Source of the DNA: Tubulanus polymorphus
Taxonomy: Eukaryota > Animalia > Nemertea
Reading direction: 5' to 3'
Assembly: GCF_964204645.1 (NCBI RefSeq)
Contig: NC_134026.1
Coordinates: 20,246,150 to 20,310,149, forward strand
Length of the DNA stretch: 64,000 bases
The position numbers were made by a program, and so were the translations under genes. The notes under the pieces are model-generated. The model worked only from the letters and a program-made list of their open reading frames with translations. It was not told where the DNA came from and did no database searches. How positions within the stretch are numbered: the first letter of the stretch is position 1; every line of letters starts with the position of its first letter. Of the stretch, positions 48,889 through 63,300 are shown piece by piece.

Positions 48889-50026
48889 GATATCTCCAAC
48901 CCAGTGTATATCGCCAATAAAGTAGCTTTTCTAATATTTAAAATACATGTAATCATTTTGTGTCAGATATATAAGTACATCATGATATTAGATTTCTGAT
49001 GTGAATACGTCGTGTGATGGTGTCGGGTGTACACATATCTATTTAATTACTTGCATTAGAAAAGATATTTCGAGATTCTGTAAATAGGATTTATTGTAAA
49101 TTTTATCTGAACGATTAGTCCGTTCCTCCACGAACGATAGGGGGGCTGGTCCTCCCACGTTTTGAAGGTCTACTACTGCTAGCGCAATTTTTCCAAAGCA
49201 ATAACGGAGACCCGATGCAAAGTGCTTTCTAGACAAGCTGCGCGTAGTTAGTTTCCAGGCAAAAAGGGATCGAAATCCTGTAGAATGTTGTTCCTTTCTA
49301 TTGAAAATTATCAGCATCGTCTTGTAAAAATGGCCCTTTTCTACTTTTGGGATTAATAGATGAAGATATTTGAAAGTGCCCGGTTCCTTGTTTTTTTTTC
49401 GATTGTCGGACATCTGCGATCCTGGATGGTCCTTCTAGAATTCAGATCGTCAGATCCTCAGATCGTCCTGTAAAAATGTGCCCTTTTCTACTTTTTGAAT
49501 TGATAAGGACGACTAAATTATGTGCCCTTCTTTGGGGATGAAACAAAATCAAAAAGGCACGAAATTTTCACACGGGCGCGGGGCCTTTGACCCCCAGCGC
49601 CCGTGCCTTCGGCCCCCCTGTGCCTGAAAGGCGAGGTTCCCTAAATCCGCTATTGAGAAACATAATTTCCATAGATCGTTATCCGGTTGCCATAAGCTTT
49701 ATCATAAGGTATAACTTTTTCAATCAGAAAAAAGGAAAGAGAATACCGTACTGGTACATAAGAAGCTTGCGGGCGTCCGGGCTGCATCCCGTAGTGAATG
49801 GAATATAATATGGGGATTGAAATTTAATTTGTCCGGGACGTTGTCTGTTTCTTTACAACCGTACCAAGGTCGTCGAGCAAATTTATTTGCGAACTTTTCG
49901 CCAAATTTTCATTGCACTCTCAATGCAAATTCCCTCCCTAATTTCATGAATTCCTTCCTGATTTTGATCGTGTTTCAGTTTAATCGTGCAGGATTCTTCA
50001 TATTTTGAAACACGTTGGCCCAAAAA

Positions 50027-53000
50027 ATGACCGCTTGTGAGCCGAGACGACAAATGAGCATATACATCTGTCCGGCTCGTATTCAAAATGCCAGATTAAA
50101 AATGATGAAGAAAGCAGCAAAAAGCAAACGATTTCCAGTTGTTGATGATTTTAAGTGAGTAATGTCATTCTATAGGCCTTATACAGTTTAATAATGGACA
50201 TTTGTCAAAGACAAAAAGGGTCATTTCTGATAGTTGTTTCTTCTCTATCAACTGGTTGGTGGCTATAAATTGGTAGAAGTACAGATGTCTTAGCAGGCAC
50301 AGATCCAGGAAAAAGGGGGGTTCAGGGGTCATGACCCCCTCTGATACGTGTAATCATATCGTATGTAGAATTGATCAGTCAATCAGGCAAGTCATAGCAT
50401 TCATAGTTCTCCACTAGGTGACTGTGAGTAGACTTGGTGGTTTTTGGATCAGTTTAGAAAGTTCATTGTGAAAACTTTGTTTCTGTGGATGTAGGATGGG
50501 AAATTTGACTGATCTGGGCAGCATAAGATACAATTAGGTCTAAAAGTATGGCTCCTCGATGATTTTATTGTTATTTTGTTTATTAGTGAGAATGTTACTC
50601 ACATTGTCACTGAATTCGATACAGTCGCGCAACTTAAAAGATTACTGAAACTGGAGGATTTGCCACCTGATACATACGTAGTATCGTCAATGTGGATAAC
50701 AGATTCGCTTAAAAATGGAAGTCTTCTCGATGTTTCGCAGAAGTATGTTGTTGAAAATGATGAGAAAGTTATTGAGGAACCGATTATGACTAATCAGGTA
50801 GATTAACTGATTTATGCTCTTCATGTAAAAGGCTTTTTACAGTCACTTCATGTATTGAAAATTTTCTGGGAATTGTCGAGTTTGTTTCAAGTATTAGGGG
50901 CCAGTTGCTCAAAAGTTGGTTAGAGCTAACCAGCGGATAGTTGACATGGTGACAATTGAAAGTTCACTGTTGCTATGGTATTTATCCACAGTTCTCAGTT
51001 AGAGTTAACTCTGAGTTAGAATTAGTTCATTTTCAATGAGTTAACTCAGAGTTAAATCTTAACTCACAACTGTGGAACTGGATACTGTTATCTTGAACGA
51101 ACCTTTGAGCAACTGGCTCCAGCATATGATTAGTAACAGTACGGTATGAGAAAAAACATAACCTTAATTAAAAATGAAAGCGAAAGATTGTAATGAAGAT
51201 TTTATAATTGTACTGAATTAAAGGTTGAAGTCATTTCAATGTTCAACCACGAACATCGCAGACTATCCATTAGTGATAGTCGTTGCTCAGGATAGTCACA
51301 GAATTAAGGGGGATGATCACTATCTAAGCAATGTTTTTTCATTACTGTATCGCTGGTATAATTCATAGTTCATCTCAATATGTTGTAAGAAAAATTATTA
51401 TATGTAATTATGTTCTATGGGAAATAAAATCAATCAATCGATCACACATGATATAAAAGCATGTAGCTTTTTATGATTTGAATGAAAATGAACTTTGCAT
51501 AAATTTGCATAATTAGGGCAGCTAATTAGGTGAAAATGGTCATCACACTAGGGACAAAATTTGTCAAAGATTATACCGCTTGGAACTACGTTTTAGTTTT
51601 ATTTTGAAGGTAATCAATTTTGGTCAATTTCTATTCCTTTTATTTTCCATAGACCGGCAGATGCTACGCTTGCCAGAGGGTAACACCGTTATACCATCAC
51701 AATACAATTTTCACTGTAAGTGTTACAGATACATCTATCAGTACTATAATTTCCAGGTACACGTACCACCAAATCCAGGTATATGGGGATAAGCCTGAAA
51801 CAACATCTCGATCTTCAATAAAACAATCTTCAGCAAACTCATTGATTTCAATACATGTAGTCAACCTGAGTTACTAAATTTTGCTCAAGAACTATAATAA
51901 CGCAATAAAAAAAAATCGATGTAACGCAATGATTTATGCTGGTAGCTAAGTTCAAATCACTCCTCCTCGGTATTGTGTAAATATGATATATCTACATCTA
52001 ATTGATGTAATATGGGTGTGTAAGGGACACTGAATCAAAACAAATCTAACGAAATCTACCAAATAAAAAAAATTAATGAATGACATCAAAAATACATCCT
52101 CTTAACGTATTTTTCATAACATAAATGACACTAATCCAGAGTCTTGCAGCCTGTTTTGAAAAAGCTCTGGCACCCGGGGGACTTAAACATGAATTAATTG
52201 TTTTTTCTTGATATGTCTATTTCGTTCACAATGAAAATTCGATCATCTGTTTATCGTGAAGATATTGCTTTTTGATTCACAATTATCTCTTGCTAGGATA
52301 CATTAGAACTACTCGAGCGGTACGCCGAATACCAAGATGGACCGAACGACTATCAAAGGGCTTTAGCGTTTCGTGGAGGCTCATGCGTTTTGAAGAGTTT
52401 GCCGTATAAAGTGAACAGTTCCTGCCAACTGTCGAATATCAGCGATTTGGGAAGTCACTGTCAAAAAGTCATCGAGGTTCCTATCTGTTTTCATACTCTT
52501 GAGATGAAACCTGGGAGATAGCCTAAATCCTTATTTTGGCAGAAACGTTATTCAATATGTGATTTAGATAGTTAGCCACTTCTCCTTTATGATCCAAGTT
52601 GAAAATTCGTTGAATACCATGTACATATGGAAATAAATTAACTGCCCTGTTTTAAATGAATATCCGTTTTCGCATTCATTATTTTGCGATCGCGGTCATC
52701 TATCTTTAGTTTCTTCGGTATTTATGGTGGTCTCGCTGTTGTAGGAATAGATTATTGCTTTTTATTTTCAGGAAATTCTCGACGAATCTAGGTCATTGGA
52801 AGTTGAGCGTATTAGATGCAGTCCGTGGTTTCAAAAAATGGAGGTTGTAATATAAAACATTTGATATATACATGTAGACGAACTACGATAGACTTTGTTT
52901 GCCTCAAATCTCGCGGGACCAATAAATTTCGCCAAGCGTAGTATGAGAGCAATGATGGATCATTAGAGCATGAATCGTATAGTAGGAAAATTTCAAATGT

Positions 53001-56000
53001 TAAATAGGGAACACAATAAATAAATAAATTGTCCAAGGCAATCGGCTCCATGGCAAGCAGAGTTTACTGTATATATACCTTTACATTGAACTCCGAATTT
53101 AAGTATAATGTCCTTTAAAAAACCTCAACGTTTTAGCTATCGGTTATTCCATGGACTCTAAAACACTTGAGAGTCCTTGCTTACTCATAGTTTCCATATT
53201 GTGTTTCGTATTCATAAGGTATTTTGTGAAGATTTGTGGATCTACATCACAAAATGTATAACGTTAACAACATAAACAACATAACGTTCTTACAATATAA
53301 GATCGTTTACAACGAAAAAGATAATTTATTTTCAGTGTTTTACAAGTATCTTTGGTGTTGGTGGTGTGACAGCTAAAAAGTGGATCGACGAAGGCCTAAA
53401 TGATATTTCTGGAGTGACTGACCGTCTTCTTAAAACTGGGACTAATGATTCTAGAAAGATCTATGGTGAGTCTTGAGAACTATCATCCAGTCAAATGTAA
53501 AAGAACGCTCTTTTTACTGAAACGTCCTCGTTCCTAGGACTGGCGTTCTATGAAGATCTAACCACACCGGTGAACAGAGATGAAGCACTCGCGTTGAAAG
53601 ATCTCGTGAAGACGGAACTGGTCGATCTGTTGCCAGGTGCTTTAGTCGAACTAACTGGTGGCTTTAGACGGTATTTAATCAAATTATTATCAAATTAACC
53701 TTATATATTTCATTGTGTAAAAATCATCCAGATTTTTCGAATCATCTGATTTAAGTTTTCCAATTATTTGAATACTGTAGTACAAATCTACTATTACCAG
53801 TAATGTATTGCATTCATAACTCTTTCTGAAAAAGTCTCTTGCCTTTCAAAAAATTAAATCAATCTTATTGCCTTGAATGTCATCGACTTACTAAAGAAGA
53901 CCGCGCTTAATACGTATCTCTTGTGTTGATGCATACCGGTAAAATCGACCTGTGAAATATGGTGTTTCATCCATTTTCTCCGAAACCAATAATTAAACCA
54001 ACGAATAATCTCGATTAAGTTGGCTGTACTCTCAGTTCTATTTCATCTGTAAGTTCGGTTACTGGTCTTAGATTCAAGATTATACAAATATACGTGTATC
54101 TTTATTTTCTTTGCAAGAGGAAAGCCTTGTGGCCATGACGTCGACATTCTTGTATCACATCCGATCGAAGGCAAAGAGCAAGGCGTTTTGGTGAAACTTA
54201 TGAATCGACTTTACGAAAAAGGTAACTTGGTCCTTGCTGAAACATGCTAATATCCCAACAGTCATTTATACAATACATGTATCTAATGTTACTTAGAACT
54301 TCAGGGGAACAGAAAATCTGTTTGTTTATGTAACCCATAGTCCGTTGTATCCAGTATGAAATCAATTTAATCGTTTTACCTAGGATGAAATTCTAAGTGG
54401 TGATATCCGATAAATCAACATTTCTATGACTATCCTAGAGTCAATAAGCTGGCTCGTTTTTGACAGAATATTTATTTGGCATATACAAAGCTAAATCCAT
54501 AATTGAAAAATACTCTAGAACCATTCAATGGTTGGGAGGAATTGGGAATTTTCAATCCAAATTTATGCAATACTGTTTTATTCGCGATTTAGATTACAAT
54601 ATGAAGTAGCAGGAATAGATACAAAATGATTTAATACATGTATAAGACGCTGGACGACTGGTGAAGTTAACATAAACTAATTACCCGAAGGGCCCAGTCG
54701 CCCACACTCACATTGACGCACATTCATACCCCATTCGTACCTATAACTTACGGACAAAACATTTTAATAACAAATTTAATTTCAAATTTAGGTTTTGATT
54801 GGCGTAAGATTTAAGAGTAGCGCGGTAATGACCACAACGAAAGTCTGATCTTAAGTGGCTTAACGTTGCCGATAGATATCTACTCTATTAAATGTACTCT
54901 ACGAAAGCCGTTCTTCTTGTAGATCACGTTCTTATGGGAAAACATGAAACATGCTCATTTCGCGAGGACAAACTGAAAAAGGACGATAAACTCACCAGAC
55001 GAGGACAGCTCGATCATTTCGAAAAATGGATCGGCATCGTAAAATTCAACGAGAAATCTACATCGTCGGAATCTCCACCCGCCGCTAAAAGACCGAAAAA
55101 ATTTAATCGCGGTTCGCCGAATGGTCCGAAGAATAGTTTAGACGCGAGTGACGAACTGGCAGAGCGCAATGCGAGCGGCGAATCGCTGTCAGACGCGATC
55201 GAACTGTCTCGATCGCCGCGCGACTGGAAAGCCGTTCGTATCGATATCGTCGTGGCGCCGTACAGTCAGTTTTACTACGCCGTAGTCGGCTGGACCGGCA
55301 GCAAACAGTTCAATCGGTCGCTACGACTGTACGCCGCTCGCGAATTGAACATGAAACTAACAAGTCACGGACTGTACGATATCTCGCATGTAAGAAAATT
55401 ACAATTTACAGGGGCGTCGCCAGGGGGTCCCGACGATCCCCCTTTTTAAAACTTAGTTTCGCTTAAGATAAAAGCCCACTATGTACAGATTGAAATAGTT
55501 TTAAAATCGAGAATTTATTTATTCAAAAAATCTATAAGACACGACGTTTCGATCTCACCCTAGAAATCATCGTCACAATCATTATCCGTTCACCACGTTT
55601 GAGGGTGGTTATTGTACTATTAGTTTCATTCATTTGTCACTGAATCTTTTTTTTTGTGACTGAGACTGAAAGTGACGTAAAAAGGTCGTTACGTTTTACA
55701 ATCGGTCCAGACGCTCGAAAATTGCGCTTAAAAATTGAAAATTATCTTCTGTCAATGGACTCACAACTTCAGCAGCGCTCGTGATCCGGTTATTGTCGAT
55801 ATCGACCTACCCACAGAAAAAACTGGTAACGCCCTTAGAGTTAAACCTTTTTGTGAAACAGGGCCCTGGGCCAAATTGGTTCAAATTCCTGAACTCGAAA
55901 AGATACTCAATATCCGTATAGATGAATAGATTAGAAATCCCACAATGATTTCAGAAAAAGACGGAAAGTTCTCGATTAGATGAGTATGTTCGGAGCAACG

Positions 56001-56401
56001 TTTCCGCTATAAACTAATAGCCATCATAGACGTACTTCAAGAACTTTTCGCCTTTAGCTGAAATTATTGTAGGATTTCCAACGTAAAGATCGCCAAGAAT
56101 GCTCTTTCGTCCCAAATCAGCCCATTCAATCGAATTCACGAAACATTTGGGACATTGTTTACCGGCATTTTATAAATGATCGATTTTTTGTAACTCATAA
56201 AACATGCAGGGAATAATTGAATTTAGCAGTCCAGAGTTCGATTTCTGTACACTATCGTCCGGTTTGAATTGAACGTTTGAATATGAGATCGATATCTTCA
56301 TTTATCATTTACAGGACACTGTCGTTCCGGCTTCGACCGAAGAGGGAGTATTTCATGCGCTGAAGCTTCAATATAGAAAACCAGAAGAAAGAAATTGTTG
56401 A
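50027..56401 (+). CDS. Family X DNA polymerase of the TdT / Pol mu class with N-terminal BRCT domain, 10 exons, 524 aa
   Basis: Exons 50027-50154, 50587-50797, 51653-51715, 52297-52476, 52772-52843, 53336-53465, 53538-53670, 54118-54221, 54923-55389 and 56315-56401 total 1575 nt in frame. Motifs: BRCT VTHIV/WITDS, YACQRVTPLYHHN, FTSIFGVG, GGFRRGKPCGHDVDIL, RIDIVV, GWTGSKQFNRSLR, TSHGLYD, PEERNC*. AATAAA at ~56727. Confidence 0.93.
55465..55575 (-). mobile_element. Penelope-like fragment with decayed hammerhead core (second copy at ~19512-19620)
   Basis: Both copies share AAGATAAAA.CCCACTAT.TACAGATT ... AGAATTTATTTATTCAA ... ATAAGACAC..CGTTTCGATCTCACCCTAGA.ATCATC. The minus strand gives TGACGA-T-GATYTC..GAGATC-GAAACG. 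Confidence 0.55.
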
Positions 56402-58767
56402 TCGATTTTAAATGACTGACTGACTGAATAGGTCTTTTCCGATATCACAGAAATTGTATTTCGTCAATTATTACACATTCAGTTGTTGTTGTGCAATTGT
56501 TCTATTCTCATGTTTGGCAATACTTACGATAGGCTATTCATTTTCTTTTGAATTCTAGTGTTTTAATGGCCACTTTTTTCGTATGACTGGTGAAATTTAA
56601 TCTAACTCGCAACATAATAATTAATTGTGTATGTATATAAGAATTGTTTATATTTGAACTGATAATATGTATTTAATGAGTTATTCATGATACGTATATT
56701 TACTTTATATTCGAAATTATATTTCTAATAAATGATTCATACAACATGCATGACGTGCAAATGTTATTCATTTGAGGAATAGATTTGAGGTTTGGTTTAA
56801 CCCTTACCCCGGCGTTAATCGCCATGCACAAGGGGAATAGGTCCATCCCTTCAAATTTCGAATGCGAACCTCCAAAAATTCTGGAAAATCTTTTCTTAAA
56901 AACACGAAAAATGAATTTAAGTGGGTCTTTTGTCCTTGATTATCTGTGGGAGGGCCACCAGAACCCCTTCCAATGTTTCTCTTGCAGCCCTCTCGTATTG
57001 CCAAATCTTTTTTCAAAAGTGCCCATATTTCAATTTTCAGGTCCACCCCTTCCTTCAAGAATCCTAGATCCGCCATTGATACTGGGCAACTCGTTCCTAA
57101 GGGTAGAGTGACCTGGGAAAAACCTCTCTCGCCACCATCGGGATTTAAACCCATGAACCCTGGATTGGCAAGAGCAGACGGACGATGGACGAAAATTAGA
57201 CAGTGGGACTGAAGTCCTAAGTTGGATAAGGAAGTTCACATTAGGCCAAAAGAATACCTAGTTTCTCATTTCCGACCAAATCCAATTGAACACTAGAAAT
57301 TGTAGAAAATTAGATTCGGGTAGCCGAGTGGCTTAATTTCTTTACATCTTTTATTTGACGAAATAGAAATTCGTCGTCAACTTTTGTGTCAAAAGTCATA
57401 TAGTCGTCATTAGCTTTCTGTGAAGTGCAAACAAATAGATAAATCAATTTAAAAAATATCAGACTGCTTACAAAATTGAATTGAATTTCGTGCGGTTATA
57501 GAATCTCCGTATATTGTCGTTTAAATCGTAATGAATTCTGTTAAAGCAAATGGCTCATATGTCAAATTTCTGGATCCACCACTGCGATGATCTTTCGAAT
57601 TTATTAGAAACACCATTTAGGTTTAAACTTAGAATTCAAATGAATGTACTCCTGTGCTATACATATCAGTTACCTCCACTCATTTTGGAAGAAATGCACT
57701 TAAGATAATGAATGACCTTAAAGGGCGTGCCAATGTTGGCCTATACTGTACCTAACCATGATTGTTCCTCTAATGCTTTCTCCTAAGGGTATGCCTTTCA
57801 TTCTCCAGAAATAACCACACCAAATTTTAGAGTAATCATTCTGTCAGCGGTGAAGTTTACGCCCGTTAATACGAGGAAAGTGCCTTGAACGCACGCTGTT
57901 TGTCAAAGCCCGATTGCAACATCCTGTGTTGTTTATACTGTCAGATCGCTGGACGTGTCGTAATCATTTGAAGGTGAAGATAGACGAGAAGATTAGTTGA
58001 AATCGAAGTTGATGTTTGTTAGCGTTGGTCCATGTCGGGACCGTACATTCACTTGATTTTCTTTGGGGGGGGGGGGCGTACCTAACAATTGATTTTGGGG
58101 GGTGGGGAGGAGGCATAGCAACCCGAAAAAAGGTAGTTCTATAGGATGCATCGATTTTGCAAAAGGGGCACTTTTTTAGAATTTCTGGAGCGGGCAACTG
58201 ATCCCTGTCCTCTGCTAAATACGACCCTGTGTATGTTCGTGTGCTGTCACACTTGTAGAATTTGTCGAGAGAACTACTAGGAGAGGCGCGTCCGAACGAT
58301 ATCCCATCGCATCTGAATGAGCCTTACTCTATTTGAGCATGGATCGTTTTAAGGTACATTACTTAACGGTGTTAGATCTTTTCCCCTGTGATTTCATCTC
58401 TGTTGGACATTTCCAGACTACTTCATCGCTTTCCGAATAGAAATTATGCGTCATCTATTAAAAGACTTTCTAATGGATTCTCGTTCCTCTGACGATCAGC
58501 GCAGACGTCCAGCCACGTATAATGGTCACTTCTACGTCTTCTTCGTAATTCCTAGAAGCGTCCATGACAGCAAGACGATCGAGGTAAGCATCACTGGCGT
58601 GCGACATGTTACATGTTTTTCGACCGAAGACCGATATAAGAAATATGATTTGAATATAGACACATTTAAAAAGAACTAAAAAGAAATACAATTACATTCC
58701 CGCGGGTTGGTTTTGTAATTTTTCCAAGTTGGCTGACTTTACTTATGGAAATGTTTACTACGGTGAA

Positions 58768-58858
58768 CGGAAAATGACCAAGGAAAAAATGGCCAAGGAA
58801 AGAATGGCCAAGGTATTTGCCTAGGAAAAAATGGCCAAGGAAAAATGGCCACGGAAAA
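58768..58858. repeat. 14-15 bp minisatellite (GGAAAAATGGCCAA)n
   Basis: About five units; probably subterminal repeats of a truncated DNA transposon. Confidence 0.75.
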
Positions 58859-60148
58859 ACATTCGTTTACTACATAGTACCCCCCGAAATTTTCTTGATA
58901 TTGGTACAACGAGTTTTCTGATTAACTAAAAAGTTATGCGTTCATCTCGTTTTCATCGCGCCTTCATCGCCAGTGGATATGTAGGCCTATATAACTGGCC
59001 GAGTGACCAGATTTGTGCTATCAATCATACGTATACGACAATAATGTATTTTGCGATGATGGTGGCATCGTCGGAAAAAAACGTCGTGTCACCAGAGGAA
59101 TAATGGTTTCCGCGTGCTTCCTATACTATTCAAACGTATATAAATGTATTTACCGAGCGTGGCGATTGCTACATCCGTACAGGATATGTGGCAATTTTCG
59201 GTGACGTCAACCACGGCGTGGTCGAACTGGCTGAAATCATTAATGGTTAGAACCAGCATTAAACCTGTTCCGTCTCGAACAACAATACAAACTTGGTGTC
59301 TGTATATGTTGAAATCTATAAATGTATAAATACCCTATCGATATACCTTTTAGTTGATGGGCCTTGCTTTATTTAGCCTGCATTTTGCTTTACTACAAAA
59401 CAATGGATGAATAATGTTACCTATACAATAAATAGCCTCGACTGACAGTTCATTCGTTACTTCGTTACTTTGTTCATATCAACCTCGCGAGGTATGGATA
59501 CGCATTTCACCTTTTCACCTGTTACATTGGTTCTCTCGATTAATCACAGTTGATTATTCCACGTATAGGTTCAATTCAACCGACACCTTGGGTAATACAC
59601 GACACGTTCGTGATGTACGTATAATGATGACTTGACGGTTTGATGCGGCCCCCTCAACGGTGAAACGTTAGTATCAATTAGAGTCTGAATAGCTTTCTTT
59701 GCCGTGGGAGACCTATGATTCCTTTCGCGGAGACCATGAATGCGACGCCATTTCATGCTTGACCGTCACAGCTAATCAGAACGTGGATCTGTCATCGTCA
59801 CGTGTCAAAAGCACATGACTGGACCACAGAGATTTGGTGTCTTCGTTTATTTGCAACAACATGTTGGACAGATTCGTGTTGAGTATTTCGATTCATTAGT
59901 TTATTGTGTTTTTAGATTTGGACCAAGTAAAAAAAAACCGTTCCATGCAATACACCATGCGAAAACATATCGATGTATACTTTTCATCGGCGTAACAAAA
60001 ATGAAGACTCACAGCGCAAAACGGGGCAAACATAGATTTCGAATCGTTTTTGCCCTGAATCGGGCGTAAAAATGAAAAGATATATTTTCCTTTGTTGTAG
60101 TGTATACACCAGGACGTATTTACATAATCATTGTGACGCCGAAAAATG

Positions 60149-60305
<157 letters not shown>

Positions 60306-63300
60306 GAGTGACATAAGAATATTATAGGAACCGATCTGTGGTCGATATAAATATCACTTATCGTGTCTGACATCCAATTATGGCATATACTATATATAGT
60401 CACATGGCAAAAGCACACGGCTACACCCAAGACCTCATGAGATCAACCATTTTCGAATTTCCAATACGTATATTCTTTCGTTGCATTTTGTTTGGCTTGA
60501 TGTAGATGGTGTAAGTGATGTGGATGAAATTTATGAATTGGCTTGGTACGCAAGTGCATAATCGAATCACATACCAAAGGGTTGTGGACTATAAGAAAAT
60601 GAATTAAAAAATCAATGCCATCGTTATCTACCCCGTCACAATCGCCAGGAACCGTCAAGGATTCTTTCTCATAGAAATTGACAAAATCCGCGTCTATATC
60701 GTCGATAATCGTAAGAGTCAAGCACATTTTGGTCTGGGAGGTCTGTATTCGCATCGAAGAGTTATACGGAAAGCTATATAAACATGTCGCAATTTGCGCT
60801 GGCAACTTTCGATGATCGACATTCGGGAACAGACGCTATACAGCGGTGCTAGCAGGATGGATTGACTTTCTATGGCATTACTGATACTGACATCAACGAT
60901 ATTAATGTGCGATTAAACATCGTCGGAATCGGTATCCATGGGACTATCGGGTAAGTGCACATAAAAGTAACTATCTACATAAAAGTGGTATCTATCGATA
61001 AATCTTACGTCTCCATATTCGCAACTGTAATAATCGCTGTGTATTTAGACACTCCCAGTAACATGCTTTTTTTTTACTGTATGCTTAAGCTAGGCTTGGG
61101 GTACGTCTATTGTGTTCTTCATGATTTGAAGAATTAGCTCAAATTTAAAGAAGTCACCAATTTTGAATCATTTCTTCGTCGCTAAATTTGACCATATATG
61201 AAAAATAAATCAAAATCGTATAAGTTTGATATCGCATTCATTCTTAAGCATGGTCAAAATGAAATGAAATGAAAAAATGAAAATGCGAAAAGAGTACTTT
61301 ATAACTCAATTAAATTCAATTAAATCTGTATTGTGCCGTAACGTAATACATACATTGTTTGGACATATACAATAAAGAAGAAACAACATTATTTCATAGA
61401 ACATAGTATGTACCATTCAAACAAACAAAAACGGTTAATATCATATACATTGTGAGGTGCTTTATACTTAAGAGCTTTCATTAATAAGAGCTTTCCTGAC
61501 TCTGAGCCATTACGTATAGTAGAGGTGGTCTACTGTCGTCATCGAAAGCATGCTGAAAAGAATTTCCAGCTTTGTTGTATCGTCAATGCGAATGCGATAC
61601 CGACAGAAAGCTGCAAATCTAGCCATCATCGGTTCATTCAGCTAAAAACGTCTTCGCGTAACGTAAAACCTTTTTTATTTCATTGAAAATAAGTCGCGTC
61701 GTCGGTTTGTGTGTATACTCAATACAGTACGATTAGCATAGATTAATTATTGCGTAAGTTGAAATATGAAAATTGATGGTTGTTCCGTGATTGATGCAGT
61801 AAATTACCGGTTCATTCGGTAACGTACCTGAATATATCATTGTAAGCTCTGGAGACATACATCACGACTCTGACAGACCACTCGCTGGCTTCCACAAGCT
61901 ACAAGATTCGAAAGAGCGCGGTATTAGTTCTATTTGTCATTTTTGTTCGGCTTATCAATATATACATCTTAGTAGGGAAGAGCAATGCGGCCAACAACAT
62001 TTAGTTTTCTTAATTCAACAGTCGATTCAATAACTCAAAAAGCCGGTTCGACAGCTATAGGTTGAAAGGCACGCAATTGAATTCTTACTTATAACTAAGT
62101 GAACTCATATAATTTGGAACTTGGTCCAGACTATATATAAGGTAAAATAGTCACTGCTACCAATTGATAGGTACGGTTTGCGATAGACGAAAATGAAATG
62201 CCTCTAAAACGAATCGAATGATACCGTGGTTCTCGTGAAACTGATAGTTGCCAATAATCATTCTACGTATAGCTAGCTCACAGTACACGCACCAACCGAC
62301 ACCATTTTTATGGCGTAAAAGATTCTTTTTATGCGGTAGTTTCCTTCATGACGTTTTTCTTCAATCTGCACAATTAATTTACTTTGATCTGACGTCTTTT
62401 CGAGATCGTCGAAAATCATCTTTGCCGGGTTGGTTGCGCGGCTCAACCGCTTTCTATAAATATCCCAGCAAATTCGAGATAAAGATCAAAGCAAAGCCCC
62501 TGAAGTGGGTGTAGGTTCGAATTTGCAATTAACTCGACAGCGCTTAGCCCGAGGTCCTGTCGCATAACGGCTGAGCAGCGGAATGCTTCCATTCCAATAA
62601 TGATATGACCGTCATTTCCCATACTGCATGAGACAACAAAAAATCCATACCACCATACCACGGACATCGCTTGATCGACGCTGACATAATGTCAGTTAGA
62701 AGATTCGATTCCAAGCTACGAAGCACGTTGCCCGTGTACCGTTTTGTGGTCTTCGTTAATCGAAATTGAAAAGCTGAGCGTGTGACGATGCGCTACGTGT
62801 AGTGAGCTCAGCGCTAATGATTTGTTCACGCACAGCTTAAAGCGTCGATGGATTTTTATATGATTAACATGATGACGAGGGATGAAAATTTCACACTCCA
62901 CGGAGCTAAAAGCGCTTAAAGAGCTGTCGCGTACTATCGATGAGCTGCTGCAACAAAGAGTGGGTCCCTATACAAACCATATCTGGTGTGTATTGAAGGA
63001 TGTAGTTTTAAGATCGTGTAAAGCCATCAGATATCAAAAGATACCATCAAAGCTTTACTTTCAGAATTCTGTGGACATAGTGACTGGCTGTATGGGGGGA
63101 TATTTTGCACGTATGGTGGATATTCTATCACCGACTTATGCCAAGCATGTACGCGCGAACGTCATCGACGACGCGTCATCGAAAGCATGAACTCAACAAT
63201 GTCCTACTTATTGGGTGGGGTTTATTTACAATCTAGGCATCATTTCGACTGAATAAGGCTGTGCGTGTTTCAGATGGAACTATTCTTCTGCGATATTGTC

